64,000 nucleotides of DNA from Camelus dromedarius (Eukaryota): assembly GCF_036321535.1 (NCBI RefSeq), contig NC_087447.1, positions 52,268,001 to 52,332,000 on the forward strand, in the 5' to 3' direction. Shown here piece by piece: positions 11,741 to 23,945 of the stretch. Made by a program: the position numbers and the translations under genes. Position 1 is the first letter of the stretch; each line of letters begins with the position of its first letter. Below the pieces are notes generated by a model. The model saw only the letters and a list, made by a program, of their open reading frames with translations. It did not search any database and was not told the origin of the DNA.

Positions 11741-13360
11741 CATCCTACCTCACTGGGTTGTAAAGATCAAAGCAGAATGGAAAAATTGTATATCACTGTG
11801 CTCAGTAAGCTAAAAGTCCTACACAACATAAGGGATTACTACTGTCATGGTAAACTCTGCTACACAGAAAATTCTTGTCTGCTTTAGGTGTGGGGGATGC
11901 AGGAAACGAGAACAGCAGGCTCAGGTTTCAAATCTCGGGATTCTTTAGAATATACTTTCTTAAAGTGGGTCCCACTGAGCCTTCTCTGCTATGCTCTAAT
12001 ACTAGGCATTCAGGATGGACAGACCACCTGGGGTCTTGTCTTTCACCTCAAGCAAAGCTGATTTAGAAAGCATGTTGTGCCTTCATGGTTAAAGGTTTTA
12101 ACTTAATGTATTCTTTAAAAAGCAGAAAAACAATGAAAATATTTATATACATACAGGTGTGTAACAGCTGAAAAAACATGTGTGTTTTGGCACCTGGAGT
12201 GCTTAGAAATGACACTGGCCCCAGATTTTGGTTCAACTCAGCTCATTTTCTTGTGCCTTGGATTTGTCCATTTTAACAGTTGTACTAACTGGGGAGAGGA
12301 GGAATCTTTTAGAAACCCTCAGGTCTTAGAGGCTACAAGGTAGACAAAGGTATCCTCTTTCACGGCCCCCATCAGTTAGTGCTTTGAAACACTGCATTAG
12401 GTTCGGTTTAAAAGTGCACCAGAGTCCAATGGCCAAGCTGGCAAACACACTGACTGACATTCTCTAAGTATCACTTTGGTCGCACATCAGGAAGTGGGCA
12501 GGTGGAAACAGCAGTGTTGAAGATTTGAATTCAAGTTCAAATTCTGCTTCTAAACTATTGGATAGGCAACTTAAGTTGTCATTAATGGATGTGTTGACAT
12601 TGTAAACATAACCTCTGTGTCCCACTTCTGTGGCTGAAAATTATAAGCATTTTCCCACATTTCATACTTTTGATGATCATTTTGAATGGCTGAATAATAT
12701 TCATTAAGTGAATATTGTATAATTTGCTTATATGATTTCTTATTAGTGGACACTGGATTTTTTTCCAGATGTTCACAATTGTAAGCGATGCTGAGATAAG
12801 CAAGCAGCTTTTTCTAGGTATTGGTTTACTTCTTTAAGAAAGACTCTCAGAAGTTGAAAATCTGACCATTTTTATGATTTAATGGAAAAAGCCAATTTGC
12901 TTTCCCAAAGAGTTGTACTGATTTGCAGTGCAACTAGTAATATACGTGGGTACAGTTTCACTGTAGCCCCTTTGGGACTAGTATTAACTTGGGGGTGGGG
13001 TTCTAATTTATTAGGTTAAAAAAAAGATGCACAATTATTTTAATTTGCACTTCTTAGATTACTAATGAGGTTAAACATATTTCATGTATGTTTACAGCAT
13101 ACTATGTATTTTTGGAAGCTTTTCTACATGAGCCTTAGCCATATATCTACAAGATTATATTTTTCACAGCATATGTACTTTGGTATAATATAGATATTAA
13201 CACTTCTTCAGTCACTCCTTTTTTACTGCACGTATTTTCCCAGTCTACCATTTTTCTTCTTATTTTGATAAGTCTTTTAAGACATGTGGAAGTTTTACAT
13301 TTTTATGTGAACATTTGTTAGTCTTTTTTCTTTGTGATTTCTTCAATGACTTTTTAAAAA

Positions 13361-13447
13361 ATAGTCAGTTACAATGTGTCAATTTCTGGTGTACAGCACA
13401 ATGTTTCAGTCATATATATACACATATATATTATTTTTCATATTCTT
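13361..13447 (-). mobile_element. Short 3' fragment of a younger lineage-specific L1
   Basis: Reverse complement (aagaatatgaaaaataat...tgactgaaacattgtgctgtacaccagaaattgacacattgtaactgactat) aligns with 43394-43480. Confidence 0.8.
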
Positions 13448-13577
13448 AAAAGTCCTCTAAGCCAGAGATATGCAAATGTCGGGTGTTACCCTCTTTTAGT
13501 TTTTGACTTTTAAATATTTACTTCTTTAATCCAACTGGAATTGATTTTGGCATTCGGTGTGAGGTGAACTCTGAATC

Positions 13578-13820
13578 AGAGGGTGAAAACGCAAATTCCT
13601 CCAGGGGCCAGGCAGGTAAGTTATAGCAGTGGAGCAGGTCACGTAGAAGAAAAAGGATGAGGGGCAGACTGAGGTGAATTACAGAGTATTTGAGGGGCAG
13701 AGTCTTGTTCCTGCAGGAATTTGGGTCTTCCAGTTTTTCAAGGTAAGCCATAAACCTATAGTTTTATGGGAAATCACCCAATTTTAAAATATTGGGCCAG
13801 CACTGCAGGCTACAAATCCT
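13578..13820 (+). mobile_element. MER102-like hAT-Charlie element
   Basis: cagagggtgaaaacgcaaattcctccaggggccaggcaggtaag...tcttccagtttttcaaggtaagcca...gggaaatcacccaattttaaaatattgg. Confidence 0.7.
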
Positions 13821-15744
13821 TCTCCATGTCTACTGACCACATCTATCCCTCTGAATGCTACTTGGTAGCCTCTGGTTTAAGCTGATGCTTTTCCAAGCTC
13901 TTCCAACCACACTTACTGACTAAGCCTTTTCTTCTCCATTAATTTGCAATTCTTCCTCTTTCAAATATTAAAAGATTACATATAATTGGTACTATTTCCA
14001 GATAATTTTATTTCATCAATCTGCCTGACTCCTGTTTCTCTATTATTATAGATGTAGGGCATGTTAATATTTCTAAAGATGAGTACCTTTTTATTATTCT
14101 TTTTGGAATTTCTTTCATACTTTCATCTGTTTATTATTCCAGAGGAGGTCTTAAACCATTCGATCAAATCCCCTGAATTCCCTTTAGGATTCTGTTTGGC
14201 ATTCCATTAAACCACTAAACTGACATACTTAGAGTAGTTCACCTTCTCTTCCAGGGACATGTTATATTTCCTAATTATTCATGTCCTGTTTTATAGCGCT
14301 CAATAAAATTCCGCAGTTCTTGTCAGACAGGTCACATATAGTTCTTATTAAGATGATATTTTAATTTTTATTGATTTTTTGACTGGGACATTTTTCATTA
14401 TATTTCGTAACTGGTTATCACAAGTATATGGGAAATCTGTTGACTTTTGAAAAGCTATTTTGTACCCCAGTTACAAGTTCTGAATTCTTATTAAAGAAAA
14501 TAGTTTTTCAGTTAATGTTTTTGTGCTTCCTAGGAATGCAAACACATCCTTCACAAATAATGACAGCTTGGCCTCTGCTTCTTATTTCTATTTCATGCCT
14601 TATGCCACTTAAGCCAGAGTCTCTAAAATAATAGATATACCCCTATTTATTAGTGATTTTTTAAAGGGAATTTGTCTACTATTTCACCAGGAAGCACTGG
14701 CCTCTGACTGGAAATCAATGTTCTTTATTACACTGAGTTTCTTTTCTGTCTTTCGTTTTCAACATTGTTATGGCCTAGTATTGTAATCAAACAGGGTTTT
14801 TTTTTTTTTTAAATCACCTATCACTTTTGAACACAAAAGAAAAATCTTAGCACAGTGCACTCAGAAAGTGTTGGAAACTTGCAAAATAAGTGTGAATCAG
14901 ACATAGGTGGGTTTAAATCCCAGCTCTGATACTTTGGGATCTGCAACCCTCATCTGGAAAATGGGGATAATGACTCTGCTGGCACAGGTTGGTTATGAGA
15001 ATTAACTGAGTTAATGTAGATAAACTAGGCTTAGTGGCACCTATGAGAAGCTTGACAGAGTTCACTCTCCTCCTCAATCGGTTAGAAGAGAGAGATAATG
15101 GAGATACAATTTCCTAAAAGAAAGTTTTCCAAGGAATAGCTTGCATTTCTAGGGTTGAGAAAACTCAAATTATACGTGTGACAAATATCATCCTAGTCTT
15201 CCTGCTTTAGTGCACAGGGCTTTTCCTCACTTTTCCAGAATATACCATCTATCCCTTGCACTAGTTCATGGGTTCTTTGGCCTATGGCAAAACGAAAATA
15301 AAAAATCAGGCTGACATGTAATATGAACCAGGAATGAAACAAACTGTGCTTCTATTAGCCCCAAACACGACGCCGGTCAGATAAAGGCATGAACAAGCAG
15401 CTACTCAAACTGAAACCAGATGTTGAGAGGTTTCTGGCTTACACATTTTTACAACCCTTCATATAACACTCAGAGTCCTGTCATTTCAACAGAAGGTCCT
15501 CTGCTCTGTTTATGCAGCAAGAAATCCTCCCAAAACTCTGTTAGATTTGCAATCACTAAACCTGTGAAGAAAAAGGAGCTCCTTCCCTAAGTGGAGATCC
15601 TTTGGTGCAAACTCTTTGGCCCAGAGGAATGCTAAGGACTGACAAAGCATACATCCTGCAGCATCCTCAGAGCAGAGCCCGAGGAAAGGAGACCCAAGGA
15701 AGGGGGCCCCAACTTGGGAGGGGACCAGGGAAAGTGCAGAAAAG

Positions 15745-15985
15745 CCAGCAGACAGAGCATGGATTCTGGACTCAGACTGTCCTAGAGTCAAATCCTGGCT
15801 CTGCCCTTAACTCCTTGTGTGTCTGTGGGCAAGTATGTTCATTCCCCTGAACCTTATTTCTTCATCTACATAAAGGAAATAATTTCTTCTGCTTCCCACC
15901 TTACAAAATTTAAGTTGTATAATGCATGTATAACACTCAGCTCACTCCTGGGACCCTGTAAACACTGAAAATGATTAGTGACTTT
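15745..15985 (+). mobile_element. MIR SINE
   Basis: agagcatggattctggactcagactgtcctagagtcaaatcctggctctgcc...tctgtgggcaagtat. Confidence 0.75.
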
Positions 15986-16004
15986 TATTGCCAATAACAG
16001 TAAC

Positions 16005-16240
16005 AAACCCTTGTATAGCACCCATTGTGTGCCTGCCCTTGTTCTCAGTATTTAACACACATTAACTCAGTTTATCTTCATAATTACCCCCATAAAGTGG
16101 GGACTACTATTGTCACCATTTTTCAGATAAGGAAACTGAGGCACTGATGGGTTATCTATCTTGTCCAAGGTCACACTGTGAATAAAGGGCAGAGACTGGA
16201 TACCATCCAGGCAAGCTGGCTTCAGATCTTCTCTCTGAGC
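16005..16240 (-). mobile_element. MIR SINE
   Basis: ccatttttcagataaggaaactgaggcactgatgggttatctatcttgtccaaggtcacac. Confidence 0.75.
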
Positions 16241-16419
16241 ACTCAGCCGTGTTCCCCCCTCTCTACTGCTATGTGACACGCTATAATTGATTTGGTTCAG
16301 TGCCGCCTTGAGGCTGCTTTTCCATGGAAGGGAACACACACAGTTCAGGCCACAGAGGGCTTACCCAGTGAGGCAGTCCATTTCTAGAAAGCCCTGCTGA
16401 CTGTGAGATCAGGACAGAC

Positions 16420-17240
16420 CTTAGCCTGTATTCCACTCTCCTCCACCTCTCAACTTAACTTCATCTTTTCTTGTTGGTACTGCCTTCTCCCACCCCGCAG
16501 GGAAAGGGGACTCTCCTCCTTCCCGAGGACTAACCCTTCTGCATCCGCCCTCCATTCCCTGTCTCCCACCCTCTTTCATCAATCATCTCCCCTCTCCCTG
16601 GGGCCTCCAATATTCTCCCCTGGCTCCTTTCCCGCAGCTGACAACATGTTCAAGGCTCCCCCACCTTATGTAAACCTCTCCCTGAACCTACCTCCTCCTC
16701 AGGTTACTCCCATCTGTCTCCCTCCCCGCTCTGTCTAGAAGGAACTCTTTCTACTCTGTACCTCTCCCTCACTCCTGAACTCGTGGTGACCCCGCTTCCA
16801 CCTGCAACGGGGGCGGGAATGCTCCCACGGAGGCTGCCGATGATCTCCTAATGACCAATTCCAGCAGCTTCTTTGTACTCAGCTCCTTACTTTGCTCTAA
16901 GGTGAATCTCTGCCCCACCCACCCTCTGAACAGTGGGCTTCCATCCTGGACTCCCTGCTTCTCTAGGCTCTGCCTGCTCACGTCCACACTGTGACACTCA
17001 CTGGGTTTCCATCTCCAGGTCAGAGCTATCCCCGAGTCAATGCCTACTTATCCATCTGCCCACTGGTAATTGCCAACCAACAACACCCACTTGGAAATTC
17101 CATAAGCAGCTCAAATCTGATGTAAACTGACCATCTCCCTACTTCCTTCTCTCAACAAACCCCCTTCCCCTCCGTATTTCCTAATTTAATCACTACACAT
17201 GCATTCTCCAAGGTCTACACTTCCTGCCTCTCCCTTACAG
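16420..17240 (+). mobile_element. L2 LINE internal/3' relic
   Basis: C/T-rich sequence with L2 motifs (gatctcctaatgaccaattcca; cccacttggaaattccataagcagctcaaatctga). Confidence 0.55.
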
Positions 17241-19416
17241 CTAAGTGGTTAAGAAAACTAGTCTATAATGTCCTCGAATGTATCAGAGACAGACAGACCT
17301 GGAACCAAACCCCAGCTCCTTCACTGACTGGGTATGAAACTTCTGCCTGCTCATTTAAACACCCTGAGCTCCACCTCCCTGGAGAAAAAGTACCTATTTT
17401 GTATGCCTGTTGTAAAGGGTCTGAAACAGTTTATGTAAAACAGCCAGGGAAACATTTAGATGCTATCAATATTAATACTGTTAATTTTGCCAAGAAGTTT
17501 CAGCAAGGCAGGGAGGAGCCTGTAAAGATTTACAAAACCTGAACCTAGAATGGGACATTTGAGAAGTTTCCTAGGGAATCAAAAGAAACCAAACTTATAA
17601 GAGAAAATAACAGTGCCTTGGAATGTCCTGGAGCCCACATTTCCATTTTTAAGCTGCAGCAGTACTGGCACAGAAAGACTGCAGATTTAAACCAGCTTCA
17701 GAGTTGCCCTGCCCCATGAATCTGGCAGACATGGAATGCACGAATCTCCCAGGACAGAAAGAACATTCCTCAAACAGGTGCCCTGGCGGTGCCCTAAGCT
17801 GCCTTCTTTCCTTCAAGTCGCTCACAAGAAGTTCATGTAGAAGGAGATTCTAGGCTGCTTTGACCTTTTCACCCAGTGCTCACTGACCCTCTGACGAGGG
17901 TCTGCCATATTAAGAGATCTGTGCCATCAACTGGGTCCAGGAAAAGTCGCTGTGATTGGATTCAGAAGATCTGGCTTCGTGTCCTCATGTGAGCCACTGT
18001 TCATAGACTGTTCAAAGACTTTGCCGTCTGATTGCTAAAAGCAAAAAAATAATCCTTTCCTGTCTGATCCACAGCGACCACATCTGTCATGGAGGAGAGA
18101 TGGTTACTATTTCTCCTTTTTTTCCTTTTTTTTTTTGAGTAACTCTTTACAGTTCCTTTCTGCTTCTTGCTTCTGCTCTGGCCCCAAGTTGCTAATAATT
18201 AATATTTGTGTACCACTTTCCAGCTCCCTGTGCACTTTGCTCACAATAAATCCTTCATGCCTCACACCCTCCTCCTGTATCCCTGGCAGAGGTAGCTGCC
18301 CTCTCTGCTCCCACGGGAGCTTGCCCAGACCTCTCTGTTGGCACAGACCGCATTATACTGGAATTATCCAGGAAAGGGTCAGCTCTCCCAGAGGACTGCA
18401 GACTCTCTGGGGGCAAAGCTTCTGTTTTATTCACTGATGAGTCTCCAGCATTTAGTGAAGTGGATGTTCAGCAAATGTTGAATAATTAAGAGACACTTAA
18501 AAACGTGCTGAGAACTTATCACGAATCACAAGCTTTCATGCCACTGTCAGACTCTCTAAAGTTGGTTTTATTCCTAATTACAAGTAAGTTAGGTGAGGCT
18601 CAGACTTATTCAACGTTCCACAATTCACAGACAGTGGACCCAGAATTCAAACCCAGGTCTGTTTCACTCCAAAACCTTTGCCCTGTCTGTGGATCACACT
18701 GTCTCTCCTGCCACAGCGAAAACCTCTACTATCTACCACCAGTGCCAAGTCCAGCAGACTTGGGTCAGGCTAATTCCTCAAACGGTGTCACCAGGAGGCC
18801 ATGTATTGAATCCTGTCCCACATATCAGTAGTACTGAAAAGGGAAAGAAAAAGACACAACATGTGAGAACCCTCTTACAGTCACTGTTCTGCAAGGGAAA
18901 AGCTGGCTGGTAAGGTGAGAGGAGCAACCACATTTACCAATGGAGAGAGAAGACAGCTATCAGAAATTTAAAAATTAATCACCTGTTACATAAAAATTAA
19001 ACTGTCTCTGATAAAATATCTTCTCTCGGAAACTGCACTGAGTGGGCGTGGGAGTGGGGTTCCTTCAGCAGGAGTGAGCACAGGTCAGGATGTTCTTTAG
19101 GACAGGCGGATGGGTCCCCTGCAGCCGCAGACGGCAGGCACACAGCCAGTCCCCTCGGAGCTTTGGAGATGTGAATGCTAGTCCTTGGTTCCTTGGGTGC
19201 TGTAAGGAGACTGAACCAAGCCTTCTCCCTCCTCTTTAGTTATATGGGCAGTTTCTCCTTTTTCTCAACCTCTCTTAGCCTCACTTACTAGCCCATGAGG
19301 ACACCAAGGGCAAGCACCATGTCTGTCTTGTGGCCGTATCTAAATGCCCAGGCCAGGGGCTGGCACACAGTAAGGGGCTCTCCCTGAGTACCTGTTGAGC
19401 CAAACTCAGTGAAGCC

Positions 19417-19890
19417 TGTGGCAGGCACATATCCACTTCCCTTCTTCCAGAGAACCCTAATTTTGTTTAGAGTGCCCAGGCGGCAAGCTAAAAATAGTCA
19501 CTTCCTCAGACCTCCTTATAGCTCTGAGTGTCCAGGTGACATAGCTCTGCCAAAGAAATGTCAGCTGAATATTTTGGGAAAAAATTAGCTTCCCTACTTT
19601 CTTCCCACTTCTTCTATTTCCTGCCTGACATGCAGATGTAAGTTCTGGAGCTGCAGCAGCTACCTTAGGACCATGAGGGGCAAGCATGAAATCAACAGCC
19701 AGAGTTGATGATGGCAGAACATAAGGGTGGAATGAGTCTGGTCCCCGATGCCACGGTGGACTGCTGTACCAGCCCTGGATGGACATATCCTAGACTGATA
19801 GTGTGCATGAGAGCATCAAAATCCCACTTAAATGCCACTCTAGCAGAGATCTTGTTATATGCACACTGAATACATCTCTAACTAATCCCA
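19417..19890 (+). mobile_element. MLT1 (ERVL-MaLR) LTR, MLT1J/K/L-like
   Basis: tgtggcagg...ttcctgcctgacatgcagatgtaagttctggagctgcagcagctaccttaggaccatgagggg...tgctgtaccagccctgga...ttgttatatgcacactgaatacatctctaactaat. Confidence 0.75.
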
Positions 19891-22044
19891 CAGAGAGACA
19901 AGCTTCATTACTCGTACCTACTGTGTCCTTGAACTACCTTTGCTTTTTTCCTGCCCTTGAGGCCCCAGGCCCCAGATAATTTACAAGACAGATGGCAGGG
20001 GCAGTAGAAGGGGTGACGTGGGGGCGATAGGAACCCTGCCTTGTTGTCTTTAGTGGGCAGGGACAGCCGTTGGCAGGGCTGGTTTCCAGTCTGCTAGTGA
20101 AGTGCTCTGATATTCCTAATTCTCCCCTACTGAACAGATTTTTGGCCACAGTCTGTCTCCAGTGTGCTGACTTGAATTCTCCCCCTGCCTAGAATTTCAT
20201 TCCACTCATATCAGATTGCTCCAAATAAATCACTGCTATCAGGGAGAGGTGCCTTCACACGGCACTTTTCCAAAGAGATGTTTTTAGTAGAAATTTCACG
20301 AAGTGCTGCCAGTGTTATTTACAAGAAGGTTAATTGATTACCAGGAGACCTTGATTCTTCATTGCTGTCTTGTTTCTTATAATTCAGAGGAAGGGGATAC
20401 AGGGAATGGTGGGGGCAGAGCTTGTGAGAAACTGAAAATCATCCCTCAACTACTTTTCTTAGTTGCTTCTTTGAAGTAGTGCAGGTTTTTACACAAATGA
20501 CTGTGTGTAACATCAGACATCTTCCTCTCCAGATCCTTGCAAAGGCACCCAGAGGCTGACCAACCTTACCCAATCAAAGCAAGGGGAATACAGAAATAGC
20601 ACCTTCCACTGGTCTCGGAAAATCCTGACGAACCCAACTTGGATGACCCTTGGAAGACAGAAGCTCATGTGAAAATAGCTATTCACATGTAGGAATAAAG
20701 AGGAACAGGCGGCAAGGGCAGCAAGTAAAAACACCACTAAATGCCACTGAACTTGTCCTTCTGTCCTCCCTGGCTCCCGCTCCACCCCCCATTTTTCCCC
20801 TCATGAAATCACAAAGCTCAATCGTAGTACCCCCCTCTGGTTATATATATTAATGGGCTCTTGTTCTGGGCCCCAGAGGATAAACTCTCTGGTTTTAATC
20901 ATTTGACTTCCTTGCTGAAAGCGGGCCCTGGTACCCAATTCCTGCAGAATGAGCTTCTCCCTTAGGGCGGCATTCAGCTCCCTGCTAACCCACTTCTCCC
21001 CTTCAGGGCACTCTTGCCCCACTCAAACAGAACTGCTGGCTCCCTACAGCGGCTCTTCATTTTCTGCCTATCTCTGTCTTGCTCCTGTTGTCCCCACTAC
21101 CTGGAACAAAGTCCTTAAACCACGGGCGCCTCCCATTTTCCTCCTTTAAATGTAAAAATTCCACCCATCCTTTAAGGTCCCACTGAATGTCACTTCATCC
21201 GGAGAGCCCCCCGACCCTCCTGGTTGGACGTGCCCTTACCCTTCTCCAACCCGCACAGCGCTTGGACCGGTGACTCCAAGAACGACCTCTCTTCCTCTTT
21301 TCCTTGGATTAGTGGTGCTTACTACATAAATGCTTCAGCTCCTTAATCAAGACGATGGGCTAATCTTGCCAGAAACTGTGTTATACCTTCTGTGTACCTC
21401 CAACTTGGGAAAGAGAAAGAATGCAATATTTGTGGGATAAAAGAAGGAAAGAAAGAAGGAGGGAGGGAGGGACTAAACCTGCTCCTAGTCCCTGGACACA
21501 GAATAGGTCGACTTACAGCAGCTGCCTGGGCATGAACAAAAGGACTCTTCTCTTTAATTAGCATGACTGTCCTCAGACCTGGAAGACCAGGGCATGTTTC
21601 TCATAAAATTACCAGGGTCTGTGTTTCCTAAAGATGATTCTCATTTCTTTTCTATGGGTTTCTAAACCCACCATGGGGCAACTCTGTGATTTTCCAACTT
21701 GGTTCACACTGCCACAATGTCAGGGTAATCTGCCGTTTGATGCTTCAGCATCAACCAAAATTAAAAGAGATGTTACCTGGAGACCCAAAACACTGCAATA
21801 CTGACTCGTTGGGCCTTGGGGTTGCAAGCAATGCATACAAAGATATTTTCATTTTTAAAGTTCTGGATGCTGTGAGATTTTTTTTTGTTTTCATGGTCTT
21901 TTGAATGGCTTCTCAAAGAAACTTCCTGGGTTGATTTAAGATGCTTATTTATTTTGGATGCACATTAATAAAGGGGAAATTATATTCCATATAATACAAC
22001 TAGAAATAAAATACTTAATAGTATCAGAGCAAACAGTAAGACAC

Positions 22045-22310
22045 TGTGGCAGAGTGGGGAGAGCATGGAATTTGGAGACCACGTTTCCATCCTAGCTCTA
22101 CTGTCACTAACTGTGTGACTTTGGGCAAGTCAGTTAAATTCTCTGAGTCTTAATGTTTTCATCTGTGAAGCTGAGCTCAAAATATGTATTGTCTAAGGTT
22201 CTTGTAAGGTTCTTTCTTATGTACAGAAAGGAGCTAAGCATGGTCCATCCCCAGCACAAAGAGTAGGCACTCTCTAAATGTCCATTGAATGAATGAATAC
22301 ATGGAAAACA
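22045..22310 (+). mobile_element. MIR SINE, near full length
   Basis: gtggcagagtggggagagcatggaatttggag...ctgtgtgactttgggcaagtcagttaaattctctgagtctt. Confidence 0.75.
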
Positions 22311-23647
22311 AAAGTAAGTCTAATATCCAGAAAAACGGGGCTTGGTCCTGGAAAGGAAGCAAATGGATAAAGAAGGAAGGCCACGAACTTCTGGAGTCAG
22401 ACAGATACAAATTCAAGTCTTACCTTCTCTCTTAACATCCCTGAACCTCAATTTCCTCATCTGCAATAAGGGGTGATAACAAAAATAAAAATAATCACCT
22501 TGTGGAGTTACTGCAAGGCTTAGAGAATGTGTTTAAAGTCCTGAGTAAATGGCAATGGTGAATTATATTTTAGCTACTGGTAGACATTCTCCCACTTCAT
22601 TCAAGACTTGGGATCAGCAAAGTTACCTACCCTCAAATGGAGCCAACCCCCCAAAAAATTACCTTCAAATTTTCGATCTCCACACTTGGGGGAAAGACCA
22701 TTCTTTCTGAAAACAGCTGCCATGTTTTATTTTAAAACTTGCTGGGTTTCAGTGGTGTGTATGTGTGCGTATGCACGTGAGTGTGAGAGAGAAAATGCAT
22801 CTAAGTTCAAAAGGGAGCTCTGTCAACAGTAAGCCTCCATGTATATGTACATATGTGTGTATATAGTTTGTAAAGGGCTTTTATATTTTCCAGGGAAAAG
22901 ATAAACTCTTGGAATTTAAAATCATCAGCTGGGTTGCATTAAATCAAGGGAAAGGCAAAAACGTACACAATATAGCCATTTGTTAAATTAAACACAATTA
23001 TTTCTCCCGTTACTTAATTACAAACAGACATAAATACTCTAGATTCTGACATCTCAGATCTTCTCAAATTCTAGCCCTGCATTTCAACATGTAATGAAGG
23101 GAGGGTCATATTCCAGTTTCTGTGTTAAGCAAACCTGAGAGTTACAATTGTATATTGGGACCATAATGACTTCACTAAAACAAGACCTAAACTTTTAATT
23201 AACCTGCCAAGACAAATTACAACTCATAGCTCACAGGTAACGACCACAGACAGCTGAGACTCAATGCCAGGGACTCTAGGGGAGAGAGGGATTAATAGCA
23301 ACATCAGCGTCAGTCTGTTTTTGTATTAAAGAGAGAAAAAAAGGTATTCATTAAACAATCACCGTAGCCTGAAGAAAGACAGACAAGTCATGAAAGGCGG
23401 CAAGAGAAAGGTGGATGGGGAAAGAGGATGGGAAGGAATATCAACAACTTCCACATATCAAAGCCCATGCTGGGAACTTTATATCCATTCTCTCCCTCTT
23501 CACAATGTGGATTATCAAGTATCATTATCATTTCAATTTCTAGATAAGAAAAGAGAGGCTCAGAGAGGGGACACGACTGACTATGACTGCAGTGCTAACA
23601 TGGGACAGTGAGGGAAGGAAGGAACAGAAAGTGATGCTCAGAAGGCA

Positions 23648-23945
23648 TTTGTTCTCAAAGCTTAGCTGACGGATTGACCACCAGAATCAGGATCACTTGG
23701 GCTCCAGCTCCAGCCTGCTGGGAAAAGGCCCAGGAATCTGCATTGTAGCCTTGCTTCCCAGGTGATACCCTGGTTCAATATTTAAGACGCCCCCATAAGC
23801 TACCATCACCCCTTGTTACTCACATTGTGGGCCACAGGTGAGCAGCATCTCACTGGCAGCAGAATCTAAGGACCCACCCAGACTGACTGAAGTGGAATCA
23901 GCATTTTAACAAGATGCCAGGGGGTTCATAAAACTCTGAGAAGGG
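23648..23945. mobile_element. Two adjacent MER5-family hAT-Charlie relics
   Basis: gttctcaaag...ggcccaggaatctgcatt...ttcccaggtgat (about 23650-23790) and cccacccagactgactgaa...agcattttaacaagatgccagg...tctgagaag (about 23820-23945). Confidence 0.55.

Larger units (their letters stand above)
12620..14760 (-). mobile_element. Old L1M fragment with nested insertions
   Basis: T-rich reverse-strand L1 3' sequence (ttgaatggctgaataatattcatt...gtggacactggattttttccag; ttattttaatttgcacttcttagattactaatgaggttaaacat). Interrupted at 13361-13447 and 13578-13820. Confidence 0.7.
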
